This document shows, in pieces, positions 44,601 through 58,550 of a stretch of 64,000 nt of DNA. The notes below the pieces were generated by a model that worked only from the letters and a program-made list of their open reading frames with translations, made no database searches and had not been told where the DNA came from. The DNA comes from the human T2T-CHM13v2.0 reference genome, Homo sapiens: the NCBI RefSeq assembly GCF_009914755.1, contig NC_060930.1; one strand, given 5' to 3'. The position numbers were made by a program, and so were the translations under genes. Numbering within the stretch: the stretch's first letter is position 1; every line of letters starts with the position of its first letter.

Positions 44601-46559
44601 TTAAAAATAAAAACACAAAGGCCAAGAAGATATTATGGTGCTGACCAAAGTCATCCAGCTAACGAAAGGTAGATGCAAGAACAGAGCCCTATGCGTCTAT
44701 GACAATGACTTCCTTAACCTCTGGATTTTGGCTGGCTTTTGACTCATCCCTTCGATTTTATCTCCTCTATCTGTGTTCACTGACGGCCATCTGGCCCCTA
44801 ACTTCCTAGCTCCTCCTTGATCTCAATGTCTAGAGCCTCTTAAACTTGCATCCATGTTTTCTGGTCTCTCCCTTGTGCTGCCAGCCTCCCCTGGCTGTTC
44901 TCAGTACCAGATCAGAATTCCTGTGTGAACCACACTGCTGCACAGTGAAGCTGTGCAAGACAACAGCCTTCACCCACCCCTACCCCCAAACCTCCAGAGG
45001 GAATTAGGGAATATTTGTGCCTTCTCTCCTGTTCATTACCTTCAGTTCAGTTTAAAAGTCAGATCTGCACAGGGGAGTTGGAGCCTTCTGTCGGTCTTCC
45101 TCTCTCCATACCACATACAGATGCAGGCAGGCAGGCACGCACATGCACAAGCACCCCCCACCAAACATACTTTATGATTTAAAGCTAAGGTATCAATCAC
45201 TAAATAAAACTGCTAACAATTTTATAGGCTATCTCACCTCTAAATGTGTTTAGAAAATTACACAATTCATTGTATACATATGTATGGAGAAAACACCTGT
45301 CCTCTTCTTGTGATATTTTTAGATTAAAAAAGAGATTGCATTATTTATCCACCAGTTTCCTCAGGAATCATCTTTAAAAATTATTCCAGTTAAAGAATTA
45401 CTGTTACTACAACTACTATTTTATTTAAGCTGCCTGAATATCATTTCTGTTTCAGCCTGGAGCAGTCAATTTTGCTTAATTTAAATATTTTATTAATAAT
45501 CATAGAAAAACCCAGCTATTACTTAATTTAGTCTATTTGTGCATGTATAGTTGAGTATAGTGGGTATAGTTGTGTATGTGTGTATGTGCATATACAACTT
45601 TATATAGTTGTGTATGAATGTATATGTGATGAATAGTTAATAATAATTTTTCAGATGAAAAAGTATGTATGGGTTAATGTTTTCCTCTTTGGTCCTTTGA
45701 CAGATGGCTATGTATATTTAGTACATAATATGGTATGTAATATTTAACTCAGGGTATACTGTTTAATTTTTAAATATTTCCTGATATTTTAGAAAGCCAA
45801 GTATTAAGACTATTTTTCTTCCCTGTAAAATCTCATATATTTTGTGATACAACGAAGAATTTATAAGTGACATATTCAGTCCACTATGTCAGTCCACTTT
45901 ATGCCAGTATTAGCAAACTTATGCAAATACAATTTCATAGTTATTAAATGAGTGAAGATTTGAAATTATTATATAGTTTAGTAGAAGTTACTTTTATATT
46001 CTCCATATAACTTAAGGTTACAACATTATTTTCTTGTATGTAATAAAATGAGGACAAATTACACATTAGTTAATAGAAGTAACTGGGCTAGTAAAACTAA
46101 TGGGTGTTTTCTCCCAGGGCTTTTGTTTTCCTCACTAACAACTTTATTAATTGGAGCCTCATTCATTGTAAATGACAGGCACACAGCTTCCCTAAGTGTA
46201 GGCATGAAGGGGAAGGCATTGGCCTCCATAACCGAGCCACGGTAGAGACGTAGCTGACCACAGGGACTGGAATACCACCCAGAAGGCTTTTCTCCATGTC
46301 TTCTTCTCTGCTTCTCTGTACAGGTTTTCATTTTCTTAGCTTTCCTATGACTGTATAGCTCACAACCTCATACCAGGAAGGGCTCACCCTTCTTTAGATC
46401 CAGAATATTCCAGGAGAGGGCTCTGGTTGACTTGGCCCGAGTAACATGGGACTCAGGGACTGCTAGGATTGGCAGACCTTCTTCATAATATCATGCTAAA
46501 TGGAGGAAGAATCCAATCCCATAAAGGAAGGGGAAAGTGAAAAATGGTAGTAAATGCAG

Positions 46560-46810
46560 ACATTCCCAACAAGCCAGAATTTCACAGGTGCTGACCATGT
46601 GCCACACACTGTGCCAAGAAACTTACCTACCTTGTTTAATTGCATTCTCATAATAATTCCTTGAAGGGTGAATACTTACCACCCATTCTACAGATGAGGA
46701 AACTGAGAGTCTGAGAGGCTTAGAGGCATACTGTCTTCTATGTGACAGAGCCAAAATACAAACTAAGGCTTATGTCACAAAACTTGATGCTCTTAACTGC
46801 CATAGTGTAC
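46560..46810 (-). mobile_element. MIR
   Basis: cccattctacagatgaggaaactgag core. Confidence 0.7.
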
Positions 46811-49800
46811 TATCTTAAACTACTTCCGTAATAATTAGTATTTGTAGCTATTCAATAGAAACAACATTTTATTTTCATTTTCTTCGATTTTAAAATAATT
46901 CACACAGTAATTGAATATGTTTATAACTCTTTGCTTTTTTCTTTATTGTTGCTCTTTCTTCACTGAAATACCACGCTGCATAATGGAATCATAAACAGTT
47001 CACTGATTTCCTAACACCGAGGGAGAAGGTGTCTAGGCAATATTAGACTTTGTCTTTTTAATTTTCATATAAAAATTTGAAGTATAAGTAATTGCTTTCA
47101 GGCCTATAGACCACGACAATAATTTCATTAGCTTCTCAAGTCCAAATTAGATTAGTAAAGTTGTAATGCATGAAAAAGCGCAGAAAAATATAATGTTACT
47201 TTCTTTTCCGGTGTTCTTAACTACAGAGCAGTAATGTGATTTTTCACAAATTAAAGTTCTATAATATCTGTATGAATATAATGCATCTAGTCTTCAACTT
47301 TTCTAAAATACAACGAGCCAGCTGAGTAAGCCCATCGATTGGGTAAAAATTTGGAAAATGTTTTTCATGCTAACTCCTACTGTAGTAATAAAATCTCATT
47401 TAAATAAACAATAGTCTTCATGAAGAATTATATGATAAAGATTTGTTTGATAGACATAGCATTTTCAATTAATTGTTTACCATCTGTTATGTTCTCTAAT
47501 CAGTGTTACAGCCATTCATAAATCACATTTGCCTCATAAAAAGATGGCAATCGTTTACACGTGTGTATTTTATTATAATCAGCATCTGAGACATTACTTT
47601 CTGATTTAAACATAAAGGACCGGAGGATACAAGACTCTTTGAGCGTGGTATAATGTACTTATGTTTTGTGATTGTTGTTGTTCTTAGTAGAAAACTGGAA
47701 TCTTCCAAGAATTAGAGGTTTTGCCATTTTTTAAGAAGTATAATCCTAGCAAAGGCATGAATTCTCCTCTTCAATTAAACTCATCACTTATTTTGGCAGT
47801 ACATAAACATAAGCCATATTTAACTTATAAGAATGGCAGAGCATGGGTAGAAAGCTCCAGACTTCTCTGTAGCTCGATCAATCACTAGGGGCTGTGTTTA
47901 GCTGGGAAGCAGCCTGGGGAGAGATGGGCAGTCATGTGGCAAGAAATAAAAGACTTTGAATCTAAAACTCCTGTCCTTTGATTCTTGAAAGAGAAAGGGG
48001 AGAATTTTCTTCTTTATTTTCTTTTTCTAGTTAAAGATATTGTACAGAGATTGATTTATGCATTTAACAAGTATGTTTTGAGTGCCTACCATTTACAAGG
48101 GGGGTGTTCTAGATACTCGGGATACAGTAGTAGGCAAAACAGATGTTTTTTTCCTCCTGAAACATTCTCAGCTTTTCCTCTTTCCTTTTATTGCCACCTG
48201 CCTGCCCCCAGTGACCCATCTGTTGATGTCCAGCCCAAAGGAATTCACTTGAATAAATCGCAAAACTGCCACTACTTGGAGGAAATTCAGGGATTATTCC
48301 TGAATGAAGAAAATGGAAAGATCTCAGGTTGCTTAGCGAGGCCCTGGTTGTCTGTTCCAGGGTCTCTTTGCTCTTCCTGCTTCTTTCCTTGGAGTTGCGT
48401 CTGTCTAGTGGTTGGCCCCTGCTTCTTCCTCCACTCAACTCTGGGCTTATTTACTTTGGCCACTTCACAAGAAGAGTAAACCTTGAATGTATTTAGACTC
48501 CAGTTCTGCCTCTATTGACTTCAGGTCAGTGGTGCCATGTAGCTCCCTCCAAAGCGTGTTTTGTATTCTGAGTTCCCCTTCATTTGTGTCCCCTCTCTTA
48601 ATAACTTGCATTTACTATTTGTGGAAGGTAGTCCCTAAATCTGTTTACTTTTGAGGTCTTGATGTTCCCTAAATATATCTAGGTTCTCTTTTCTTAAAAA
48701 AAAGAAAAAAAAAGAATTTGAGAAGTCCACTGGCAGCATGGATGAATCTATGCCATCTTTATCATATCTGTATTGAAAGATTTAGGCTACATATTAACAG
48801 GTGAATCTGCTCTGAGTAGCCTCTTGTTATTGTCATCCTTATAATTTATTAAATGGACATAATTAGAAGCACTAATCAGCCGTGGCACTTGATGATGTAC
48901 TTGTAATCTGGCTCATAATGAGTGGTTGTCATCAGTTATTGTACAGAGTAGGAAATGGTCAGGGCCCTCTCAAACACTGATTGAACATTTCAGAGTTATT
49001 AAATGGATCTTAATCACTTTATCAGAAAATTAGGAAATAATGTATTTCCCAATATTTTAATCAGAAACATCTTTTGGTCATGAGGAAAGAGAGAGAGAAA
49101 TAGGAGGGGGGTAAAGAGAGAGAGATATTGAGAGAGAGCAAGTCAAGTCTTTTCCTTTGAGTTCTTATTGGCTAATCAACCTGGTTTGCTTATGTGAAAA
49201 TCTCTACAGATATCTAAGCCTCCCAGAGCTAGTTATAAAATAGTAAAAAGGAATGAAAGAGTAACCTTCCTCAAGAACCTACTGTGTGCCACACATGTGC
49301 CAGTAGCTTTCTATGTATTAACTGAGGTTGAAAGAGATAAGGAATATATCTAGGATTATGTAACTAGTTAGTATTGGAACTGGCATGCAATCTCCTAATC
49401 TTTTCTTCTACCAAATTGTCCAACAGTAAAAATGCCAGTTGTGAATTTTTTTCTTTACTTGATTGTTTTAATATTTCCTTTTCGTCTTTTGGTAGAATAA
49501 AACAATAAGATTATAGATACATGCAAAAAAGCAAATAGTATAAATAAGGTATTTGGAATTACCATACCTGAAATGACTTTGTAAGGTTGATCCTTCTATT
49601 TCACAATAGTTTTTTTGTAAGTGCTTTACACAGATGTGAGAAGGAGGAAGAAAAATGAAGTGAAAATATGTCCACTTAAAAGTGTAAAGTTGAATGTTCT
49701 CAATAAAGAGGAGCACTAAAAATTCAATTCCGTCCAACTCAATTAAGTAATTATATACTGAGGACATACCAATCTCTAGACTGGCTACTATAAAATCAAT

Positions 49801-50615
49801 ATGGAAGGAAAGAAAACATTCTTGACATTGGGCTTTAAAACGTAAGTGTAGAAAAGCCACAATGGAGATTACAAATGTTGATATCATAATTGAGAAAAAA
49901 ACACCATACATATGGGAAATGTTTATTAAACAATAACACTGGGCAAATTCTAATAAATATCTATCATTATTTCATGGGAGAAACATAGTTTCATTTTTAA
50001 AATTTAAAAAATAGCTTTGCATAAGCACTCAAAGGAAGAGTTTTTTTTCCTCTACTATCAAGATTTCTTTGAGATATACAGAGGCTCAACCTTCTTACAT
50101 AATTGAATTGAGGTAAAATAGACTCTTGAAATAAAATATTTTTCTAGCATGAGAAAATAGGGTTTGCACTTGATAAAATTGGGCTGGGCAGGTCAAGTAA
50201 CTGGCCTAGGGGCAATGGGCAAAATGGGAGCAGGACTGATTCCAAATCCTAGTCTCTGTTCCTGGTCCAGCTTTGGTTTTTCACCTGCATTCTAGGGAAG
50301 TGTATTATAGTCTTCTTCCTCATGGTATAAAGGAGAGCGTGGCATAAATGCTGTGCCACTAATTTGCATATTTGAAGAAGTAAAGGTAATTGGATGACAG
50401 AAAACATCAGGATTGATCTTTCCTTTTTCCTCTCTTCCTTTGTCTTCTTCCTGTTTCTTCTTTCTAAAAGATAGTTATCTGTGGTCCCTTAAATAGCTTT
50501 GTAATGCAATAAATAAATTGGTATTTAAAAATTATGAAATATGAATATAAAATAATATTCATAATACATGATACATAAATATATAATATAAATAAATATA
50601 AAAGTATAAGTAAGA

Positions 50616-50905
50616 GGCTAGGTGCGGTGGCTTATGCCTGTAATCTTAGCCCTTTGGGAGACTGAGGTGGGAGGATCACATGAGGCCAGAAGTTTGAGAC
50701 CAGCCTGGGTAACATAGTGAGACCTCATCCCTAAAAAAAAAAAAAAAAAATTAGCTGGCCACTGTGGCACATAACTGTGATCCCAGCTACTCAGAAAGCT
50801 GAGGTGGGAGGATCACTTGAGCCCAGGAGTTTGATGCTGTGAGCCAGGCTTATGCTACTGCACTTCAGCTGGGGCAACAGAGCAAGACCCTGACTAAAAA
50901 AAAAA
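50616..50905 (+). mobile_element. AluJ
   Basis: J-type motifs. Confidence 0.88.
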
Positions 50906-50915
50906 TGGTGTATAC

Positions 50916-50928
<13 letters not shown>

Positions 50929-50960
<32 letters not shown>
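50929..50960. repeat. (TG)16
   Basis: Seen directly. Confidence 0.95.
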
Positions 50961-50966
<6 letters not shown>

Positions 50967-51000
50967 AAATTTTTAAATATATAGATATATAAAAATTATG

Positions 51001-51081
51001 TATAATATATACATAATTTTACTTATTTATAATATATACATAATTTTACTTATGTATAATATATACATAATTTTACTTATG
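51001..51081. repeat. 27-bp AT-rich minisatellite, 3 copies
   Basis: tataatatatacataattttacttat(g/t) at 51001, 51028, 51055. Confidence 0.9.
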
Positions 51082-51211
51082 TATATTATACATAAATATA
51101 TATATTTTCTTCTGAGTAGTTGAGTGTATATGTACGTAATATAATTCTACCCTCAAATTTTGGCCAGTTCAATGGGAAGACCCGAAGGGAGGAGAATGGA
51201 GAGTGACAGGG

Positions 51212-51214
<3 letters not shown>

Positions 51215-51250
<36 letters not shown>
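51215..51250. repeat. (AC)18
   Basis: Seen directly. Confidence 0.95.
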
Positions 51251-51252
<2 letters not shown>

Positions 51253-52556
51253 TAGAGAATAGGAAAGTGACATAGGAAAAAAAAGTCTTCTGATCTCAGA
51301 ATTGCTAGCAAATTTATTTGGTTTTCTCCTGCTGTTTCCTCTGTCTCTAGCATTAGCCTCTATTACTGCCTTTCCCAATGCAAATTAGATTACCCTCTTA
51401 TCACTGAGCTTCATTTGCTCTCTGGCCTCCAGTATTTAGTGACTGTGCTCTGTGTTGACACAAGAACCCAGTGGAGTGGAAATGTCCCGTAAGCTTCAGC
51501 TACATGGTCCAGAGAAATCAATTTATATGCCAATAGGCTAGCCACATTCCATCCTGACAACCTGTTAGAACCACCTGGGGAGCTTTGGCATCTATCTATC
51601 CATGCCAGACCTTACGCTGACCAGGGAAATCACTACCTTTTTGGGGAGGGTTCCTGGATTATCAGCCTTAAAAACTCACTCAGTCCCTCACTGTGAGGGT
51701 CGTTTCTAACATGACACCGGGGTTCTTCACTGGTGAAGCAGATTCTCTGCTTCTACTTGTAGGTGGTCCTTAGCATTTACCACAAATACCTATTCAGAAA
51801 ATCTCAAGTAACATTTGTCCTTTGATTTTCAAATGAGAGTACTTTTTTTTTTAAGAATGCAATAATTTCCCTTTTTTTCATTTTTTTCTGCCTTTTAGAT
51901 GTTTGAATTTATTTATTATTTATTTTACCCCAAATAGTCATACCTTCATATTTCACATGTCGCTTCTTCTTATGTATTTCACAGACTTCTAGAAAGTTTT
52001 TGTTTTGTTTTTTACTTTGCTCTGTGCTTGGCTTAAAGTATGCATTCAGCTGAGATTGTTGCTGCACTGGGAAACTCTTATTTTGACTCAAAAGTGATTC
52101 GTTGATATGTTTCCTTTCTGGCAGACAGATGGTGAATTGAACACAGAGCTTTTCTTTTCTTCTGAGTAGCTTCTTGAGTGGGGATTATGTAATAAATACT
52201 GCACAAGGACTGCTCAATCAATAAATTTTTACATTAAGGAAAGATAAAAACGTCAGAGGCAGCAGATGATGTTTTGTCACAAGACAAAGAACCCATGGGC
52301 CTCCCTGTGCCAAGTTATTTAATGTCTGACAGAATGAGTTTTTACTTTATCTGAGGAAAATTACCATAATTAAGTTGTCCGTTCTGAAATGAGTAGTGTA
52401 TTTCTTTTTTTACAGTAGTCAATGCTTAAGATATATTTTTGAAAAAGCCCAAGTGACTTATTAACAAACACAGGTGTTTAATCATAAAAGTTACCACCTC
52501 TCATGAGACTAAGAATGATTTTTTTATCTTAGACATAACATTTTATATTTATATAA

Positions 52557-52925
<369 letters not shown>

Positions 52926-53073
52926 TAAATAAAGTTTGTCTTTCTAATGATACACTGGCCTTCAGAGAGCTGCTTTCTCAAGAAGCCTTTGCAATCCTGA
53001 CATGTTGCATGTTTTAGGGCTTTTCTCTGGGCTCCTAGACAGTTACTTGAACCTGTTTCTCTAATTCACTTAT

Positions 53074-53374
53074 TTTTTTATTTTTATTTTTATTTTTTTG
53101 AGATGGAGTCTCAACTCTGGCACCCAGGCAATGGCACTGTGTCGGCTCACTGCAACCTCCATCTCCTGGGTTCAAGCAATTCTCCTGGCCCAGTCTCCTG
53201 AGTAGCTGGGATTACAGGCACCCACCAGCACACCTGGCTAGTTTTTATATTTTTAGTAGAGATGGGGTTTCGCCATGTTGGCCAGGCTGGTCTCCAACTC
53301 CTGACCTCAGGTGATCCACCCACCTCAGCCTCCCAAAGTGCTGGGATTACAGGCATGAGCTGCCACACCTGGCC
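53074..53374 (-). mobile_element. AluS
   Basis: TSD tctaattcacttat. Confidence 0.92.
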
Positions 53375-54843
53375 TCTAATTCACTTATGTTCTTTATTTA
53401 TCTTGTACTGGTATATTCAGCCTATCTACCAGTTGTGATGTTTTCTCTTCTTCCTTCAGTTCAGCTGCCAAGAGATTTCTGAAGTTTCCTGTAGACTTCC
53501 ACCACTTAAGCAGCACAACTTGTAGTTCTGCGGTTGCTAAATATCAATGTCTAGAATTTTTTTGAAATTTAGAGAGACAAACATATGTGTTCTGTCACCT
53601 TTGACTTGGCTTTTATATAATATTTAAATAAAGCAGGCAGACCAATTTACACTGAGGATGAAAGTTACAGTTTAGGAGAGCTTGCTTCTGTGCATTTTAT
53701 GGTGAAGTTCATCTTATGATGATCATTTTCCAAGTGATTTGGAACATTTTGAGGTGAAGTGGAAATTGCTAATGTGATGTGTACTGAAAGATGAGATGTT
53801 ATCACAAAGAAGAATGTGTTTTCTGTCTCAAATTAATGTACAGTTTATGTCAATTGCACTGCCTCTTTATTTGCAGTGGACAGTTGGATACCACCATCAA
53901 ACCAGCTAGATAGGAAAGGAGGTATTTTAAGGTGTAGAAGATAGTGAGGCCCCAGGAGTGTGGAGCCATGCTGGAGACCTTTCTAAGCTGTCTTGAGAAT
54001 TTCTCCTCAGTGTTGACTGCATTCCTCTGCCCTTGCTTTACCAGCTCCCCATCTCTTATATTTCTGACCCTTGGCTTTGAACTTGACTTTGATTTCTGTC
54101 TGTATCCTTTGCTTCTCCTCTGGACTGTTCCAGCCCACATCCTGTGGCCTGTCCATGTGTTATGCTTGCTATTTTTATCTGAAACTCTAAGTTTATTTCA
54201 GGCATTGTGGAAGCCCCCTTGCTCTATTACAAACTTAGGATGGTCCTTGAAATCTTGCTATCTTCCTGCTAAAATGTCTGTGGGCTGCAGATGATGCCCT
54301 TTATTAAAACTAAACTGCTAAACAGCCTTAGAGAGATGATCACTATCTAAGGTATGTTATTTGTCTTCAGTATTTATTTTTAGGAACACAATACATTAAT
54401 CTTATTTTCTGAGAGTTTTTGCTTATAATTTATAGTCATTCTTCATTAATTATACTTACCATTTCTCTTGAGAATACTGAAATGAAAAAGTGTCTTTGGA
54501 TTTTGTGTAACTGAATTTATGATAAAGAAAAATTGGTTTATTTCTTGTGTTATCTTCTTACATTTCAGTGGCTTTAGAAATATATTAAAGTTCAAAAACC
54601 GGGTCAATTTATTAATCTCAGTAACTGTTTTATTATCCTTTTGAGTGTGTGATTAAATGTAGCAGAGAATTCATGGATGAAGTATGGAGAAATTCTTTCT
54701 TACCCTGGACAATTTTTACCCTGGAGTAATTTTTTCTTACTTTTTCTCTGTATTTCTCAGTAACGATGGTAACACTCACACTTGGCTATTAAGAATATAT
54801 AATCAGACATCCAAATTATTCTTTTTCTTTTTTTTAATCACAG

Positions 54844-55112
54844 AATTAACTCCTGAGGAGAGAGCCCAAAAGATTGCCAAAGCCATGCGCAAACAGTCTT
54901 CTGAAGTCAAAGAAAAATGGGAAAGTCTAAATGCTGTAACTAGCAATTGGCAAAAGCAAGTGGACAAGGCATTGGAGAAACTCAGAGACCTGCAGGGAGC
55001 TATGGATGACCTGGACGCTGACATGAAGGAGGCAGAGTCCGTGCGGAATGGCTGGAAGCCCGTGGGAGACTTACTCATTGACTCGCTGCAGGATCACATT
55101 GAAAAAATCATG
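54844..55112 (+). CDS. UTRN: Utrophin internal coding exon (paralogous to DMD exon 59), 269 nt, phase 1 to 0
   Basis: ttttaatcacag|AATTAACT...AATCATG|gtcagc; (E)[28 protein letters not shown]...[21 protein letters not shown]. Confidence 0.97.
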
Positions 55113-58097
55113 GTCAGCATCATTGTCTTTGAAGGATTTTTAAGAAATGTTTTCTTGTTAAATATAACACAAATAAAGAGAGCCACGTATATAAATTGTT
55201 ATAAGGGATTGTTACAAAGCCAACGCCGCTGCAACCCCACCCATCAGGAGTCAGGACAGGTGCTTTCCATATGACCCTCATTGGGGTTCATTGGAACCCC
55301 CTGCCCCCAAATAACAACTAATGCAACTTTTATGATAATTTACATTTATTTTTATTTTTTATCCAACTGTGCATCTCTAGACAATGTAGATTAGGTTTAC
55401 CTATTTTTAAAAAATATTTTTAATCCCCAGATTTCCCCTCTCTTCCTTTTTCCTTTTCAGTTTATTTGTTAAAGACACTGAATTGTTTGTTTTGTATTGA
55501 TTCCCAGAGCCTGGATTTTGCAGAATTGTGTCCATATGGTATAGTCTCCAGGTTCCTCTCTACTCGGTATCTCTTGTAAATTGGTGGATGGAGATAGAGA
55601 TTTAATCAAAAGCACACTCTTTTACTGGGAACTCTCATCTATAAATTGTATCTTATTGTATATTAATGAAGAATTAGTTTAGCTATAAATTCTGTTTGTA
55701 GTAAGGAATTGCCCAAAGCTATGGATGTTAGACTTATGGTTACCTCCCCTTTGGTTCCCATATTCTAGAACATCTCCTGAAAAAAAAGTTAATAAAATTT
55801 AGACAATAAGAGATATAAGAGATGGTTTAAAGTATACCCCAAATCTCATTGACAGTGTAGTCAGATAAAAATAAGTACTGAATTTTGCTAAATATTATTA
55901 AATATGTCAAAACAACTGGAAAACGAAATCCTTGGGGGTAATCAAATAATGTTAACTGCCTAAAATTATCATTAATCGTTCTTATTTACAGAATACACAC
56001 CTTCTGGCAGGAGAAGGGCTTAGGAGTCACACCTGCCAACAGACTTCCAGTTAGCACCTTTGATACTAGCAGATGTTCTGTTTTTATGGCAAGGAAGGCC
56101 ACATAGTCTTTTATTCTGTTATAGGAAAGTGCAGTCATAACATGATAAATAGGTTCTTTATGCTAGAACACACAGCAGTTCTGAAACCATTTTAAAACTT
56201 GCTTTATCTCGAGCCCCTTAATTTGGAAGCTCTTCAAAAACAAAAGATAAACTTTCTTGATAGAAAGACTCCTCATTGCCATATAACACCTGACCATAAA
56301 AAGAAAAACAAAAACCAAAGACCTTGTTTGTCAAAGCTTTTTAAATGTTTTAACCTGTGGCTTATATAGAGAAACATTATTTTTGGAGAGGAAAAATTTG
56401 AATTTCTTTTTTGTTCCAAAAGATTTTTAAAGCCTGTCTTGAAGTTATATTCTATTTGTTTAAAGTTTACTATCTTTTGAAATAAAATAGGCTATTATTT
56501 GAAATTATATGCATCTCAAAACATTTTCTGGCATTTCATTTTTAATCTTTAATAGATAAAAATAAAAAGATGTTGATTTTAAAAGCTAATTACAGTTCTT
56601 GAGTCCTCCAAGGTACCTACCCATGGAGAGAATATTAATGCATATAGCTAAAATCCTGACTAAAGAAACCTTGAAGGATTTGAATTCTGTAATTGTTCTC
56701 AAACTGAATCTGAGAGACCCAGACCTTTTCAAAGTTCAGACTGAAAAATCCCTTTGCCCACCCTAACCCACCCCTCCTCCTTCCCTGTGCTTCTATATTA
56801 ATTGTGAATTTTTTACACTTATAATGCCTCTATTACCATACAACTGCTCTTCTTATTTAATTGTATTTGTGTGTTTTTCTGTGTGTGCACATTCTGTCAT
56901 CCATTAAAATGCCGAATCTGCAGCAATGGAAAAAAAACTATCTCAACTCTTCTTCTCCTTCCATACTGAAGCAATTCCCATGAATTTGTATGCATCCCTT
57001 CCTCTACCCTGTCTTTGAAATGTTGGTAGCTGCAGGGTTCGGTAATATTTCTTACTTTACACATGTTGACTTCAAACTTCCAACATTCATAGTTCTCACC
57101 CTGACTCTAGTCTCTTAAAGAGACTTAAAGAGCCTCCCCACTTAAAGAGTGGACAATGTAGAAATGAGGAAACCTGAGGGCAAAGCTAATGGGATGTTTA
57201 CAACACCTACTACTTCTAAATTTAGTTTGGTACATTATTAACTATAATTTTGTGGCCAATTTAAATTTAAACTGTTTTCTTTTAATATCCCAGTTCCATT
57301 ATCCATTCTGTGTTAGCTTAATATTGCTCAAATATCATTTTTGTGGGCCTTTGTCAATAGAAATTAATTCTGTCTCTCTTGGATTGCAAGTCCTGTGCTG
57401 AATAGTGAGGGTCTATTCCCAAGCAGCTTCCATTCTTTACTGGGAACGTCAAGAATGTGGATGCTCATAATTACAATTTCTAAGTGCTCTTAGTAAGTTG
57501 TTTTAATGATTCTAGACCTTGCTCAGAGGTGGCATTTGTCAATTCTAAGACTCATTTACCTTTTTTCTGTAGACTCCACTCTTCCTGCCCAAGCCCTAAC
57601 CACAGACAGTGATTATAAATGATTTTGACAGGGATAGATCTTACCTCTTGAGTCTGTAATAGGCATTGGTTTCATGGTTAGGAATGTTGTTTCTACTGGC
57701 CACTTTCTAATTTAATTTTAAGTGGAAACATGTTAAAATCAAGTTGTTGCATTTGGTGAAAAAATATTAAGGTAGCTATGTTAAAACAGAATAAAAAGAA
57801 AACACGAATACAAACTAAAGATAGAATCAACATTAGATATCAGTAAAGTGGAAAATAATGGCATACATTTTCCAGAGTAAACTGCATATAATAAAAAGCA
57901 TGAAAGGAAATACATAATCATTTTAAAAGTTTGAATTATAATTTTTCTCTTCACACATTTATTTATATTTTTGGGTAATAAACAATGACTTTTTGGTTCT
58001 TCATCCAAGTTACTGAAGACCTGAATTAAGTCAGCTGTTGTTGAGTGGGCAACTGTAGTTGATTTCCTCTGAGCTGGCCTTGCCATTTATTTGGAAG

Positions 58098-58349
58098 TAC
58101 AATTCCAGGACCCCGCATGTACCAAAACTCATGTATACTCAAGTCCCACATTTCCCCATGGAACCTGCATGTAGGAAAAGTCAGCTCTCCATATATATAT
58201 GGGTTTCGCATCCTGCAAATACTGTATTTTCCATATGTTTGGTTGAAAAAAATCTGTGCATAAATGGACCCAGGAAGTTTGGTTGAGAAAAATCTGTGCA
58301 TATGTGAACCCATGCAGTTCAGACCTAAGTTATTTAAGGATCAACTGTA
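58098..58349. mobile_element. MER8 (Tigger-family MITE) with internal 40-bp duplication
   Basis: ttccaggacccc...tactcaagtccc...gggtttcgcatcc...tcaactgta. Confidence 0.8.
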
Positions 58350-58403
58350 TTAGCTTTTGTTATATTCGTTTCCAATAATATATTTTTTGTTCTTTTCTTC
58401 TAG

Positions 58404-58550
58404 GCATTTAGAGAAGAAATTGCACCAATCAACTTTAAAGTTAAAACGGTGAATGATTTATCCAGTCAGCTGTCTCCACTTGACCTGCATCCCTCTCTAA
58501 AGATGTCTCGCCAGCTAGATGACCTTAATATGCGATGGAAACTTTTACAG
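58404..58550 (+). CDS. UTRN: Utrophin internal coding exon (paralogous to DMD exon 60), 147 nt, phase 0 to 0
   Basis: tcttttcttctag|GCATTTAGA...TTACAG|gtatca; [49 protein letters not shown]. Confidence 0.96.

Noticed and set aside
47985-49911. 164-aa and 147-aa ORFs
   Set aside because: Low-complexity F/L/I/C-rich composition, no recognisable domain or splice context; expected by chance
51001-51081. CRISPR-like repeat array
   Set aside because: Contiguous tandem units without spacers in a primate intron
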